Assembly (NCBI GenBank): GCA_053919585.1 | Contig: CM132796.1 | Reading direction: 5' to 3' (one strand) | From: Euprymna scolopes | Taxonomy: Eukaryota | DNA length: 64,000 nt | In this document: positions 63,320-64,000 of the stretch, piece by piece | Position numbering within the stretch: the first letter of the stretch is position 1 | Layout of the letters: each line of letters opens with the position of its first letter | Translations under genes and position numbers: made by a program | The notes under the pieces: model-generated | Seen by the model: only the letters and a program-made list of their open reading frames with translations | Databases searched by the model: none | Told to the model about the DNA's origin: nothing

Positions 63320-64000
63320 CGACCAGAAGGACTCATTAGGGACGCCCAGTGCTTAGCATTGTTTCCTGACTAGGGCAATGAATGCCGTCCCCCACATTTG
63401 CCTTATTCCCTTCTCCTATAACTGGGCATCTTGGAGGTATTTATTTACCATATATGCTAACATGATTGGACTGGGACACTCCTGTCGGACAGGTTTGATG
63501 ATACCAGTTTGACAGTTGCTGGTTGCTGTTTCCAGCTGACAGTACATGAGCCCTAACTCTCTGATAGCGCTTAGAGCGGCTGTTCTGTCATCAGCTGTGT
63601 AATATCGGAATATTTGTAGTGCTATGTCGCGCGTGAAAAGGCACCCAGCACTCATCTCTGGTAGGCATTCCCGAGGCCACATTCCTGTAAATGAGGAGCT
63701 GGCTGATGGTCTACTCGTGTTGCAGGATGGTGGCTGTGCACATCCGTTTTGCCTAACACCTCAATCTAGATCTGAAACTACTAAAAAGAATGAAATGGCA
63801 GCTCAATTATAAAAATTGTCCAAACCAGACACAAACTCACGCCTCCTCCATTGAGGCTTGCATTTACACATATCCGAGGACTTAGAACTTACTTAGATGA
63901 CGTAGAATCATTTCTCCTAGCAAACTCCCGGGATATCTTAGCACTAAGTGAAACTAACTTGCACTCCTCCATCCCCTCTAACATCTTTAACATGTCTGGT
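63320..64000 (+). mobile_element. LINE 5'UTR and start of APE endonuclease ORF (runs off window)
   Basis: Frameshifted PLRLAFTHIRGLRT..DVESFLLANSRDILALSETNL (APE N-terminal NIRGL / LxET motifs) from ~63850; ATG at ~63790-63795. Confidence 0.85.

Noticed and set aside
1-64000. Host protein-coding genes among the ORF track
   Set aside because: ORFs are short and either microsatellite translations (IYIY, RERE, YLSI), N-spanning, or transposon relics. Small exons of a large-intron gene cannot be excluded by eye.

Overview
AT-rich, repeat-saturated DNA from an unidentified animal (invertebrate-like). I found no convincing host protein-coding gene; every recognisable ORF is a decayed transposon fragment. 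The window contains two CR1/L2-group LINE families, R4/Dong-type RLE retrotransposon remnants next to (TAA)n, Tc1/mariner and Chapaev transposase relics, many non-autonomous Helitrons, MITEs, solo LTRs, a SINE, a 5S rRNA pseudogene, microsatellites and 11 N-runs of about 140-200 nt. The most striking signal is a dense set of minimal type-I hammerhead ribozyme (HHR) motifs in two architectures. (1) Short palindromic elements carry one HHR on each strand (7240-7468, 7806-7906, 55982-56185; a non-canonical version at 6848-7095). (2) tRNA-derived Pol III heads are followed directly by an HHR (13383-13514 +, 56930-57297 -, 36635-36800 +); one of these is a ~306-bp monomer with a terminal direct repeat. 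Both types share a short 'GCACT' tail motif and often abut (TA)n. This suggests a radiation of Penelope-dependent, ribozyme-bearing non-autonomous retroelements (retrozyme/SINE hybrids). All calls were made by eye; no searches or folding were run.
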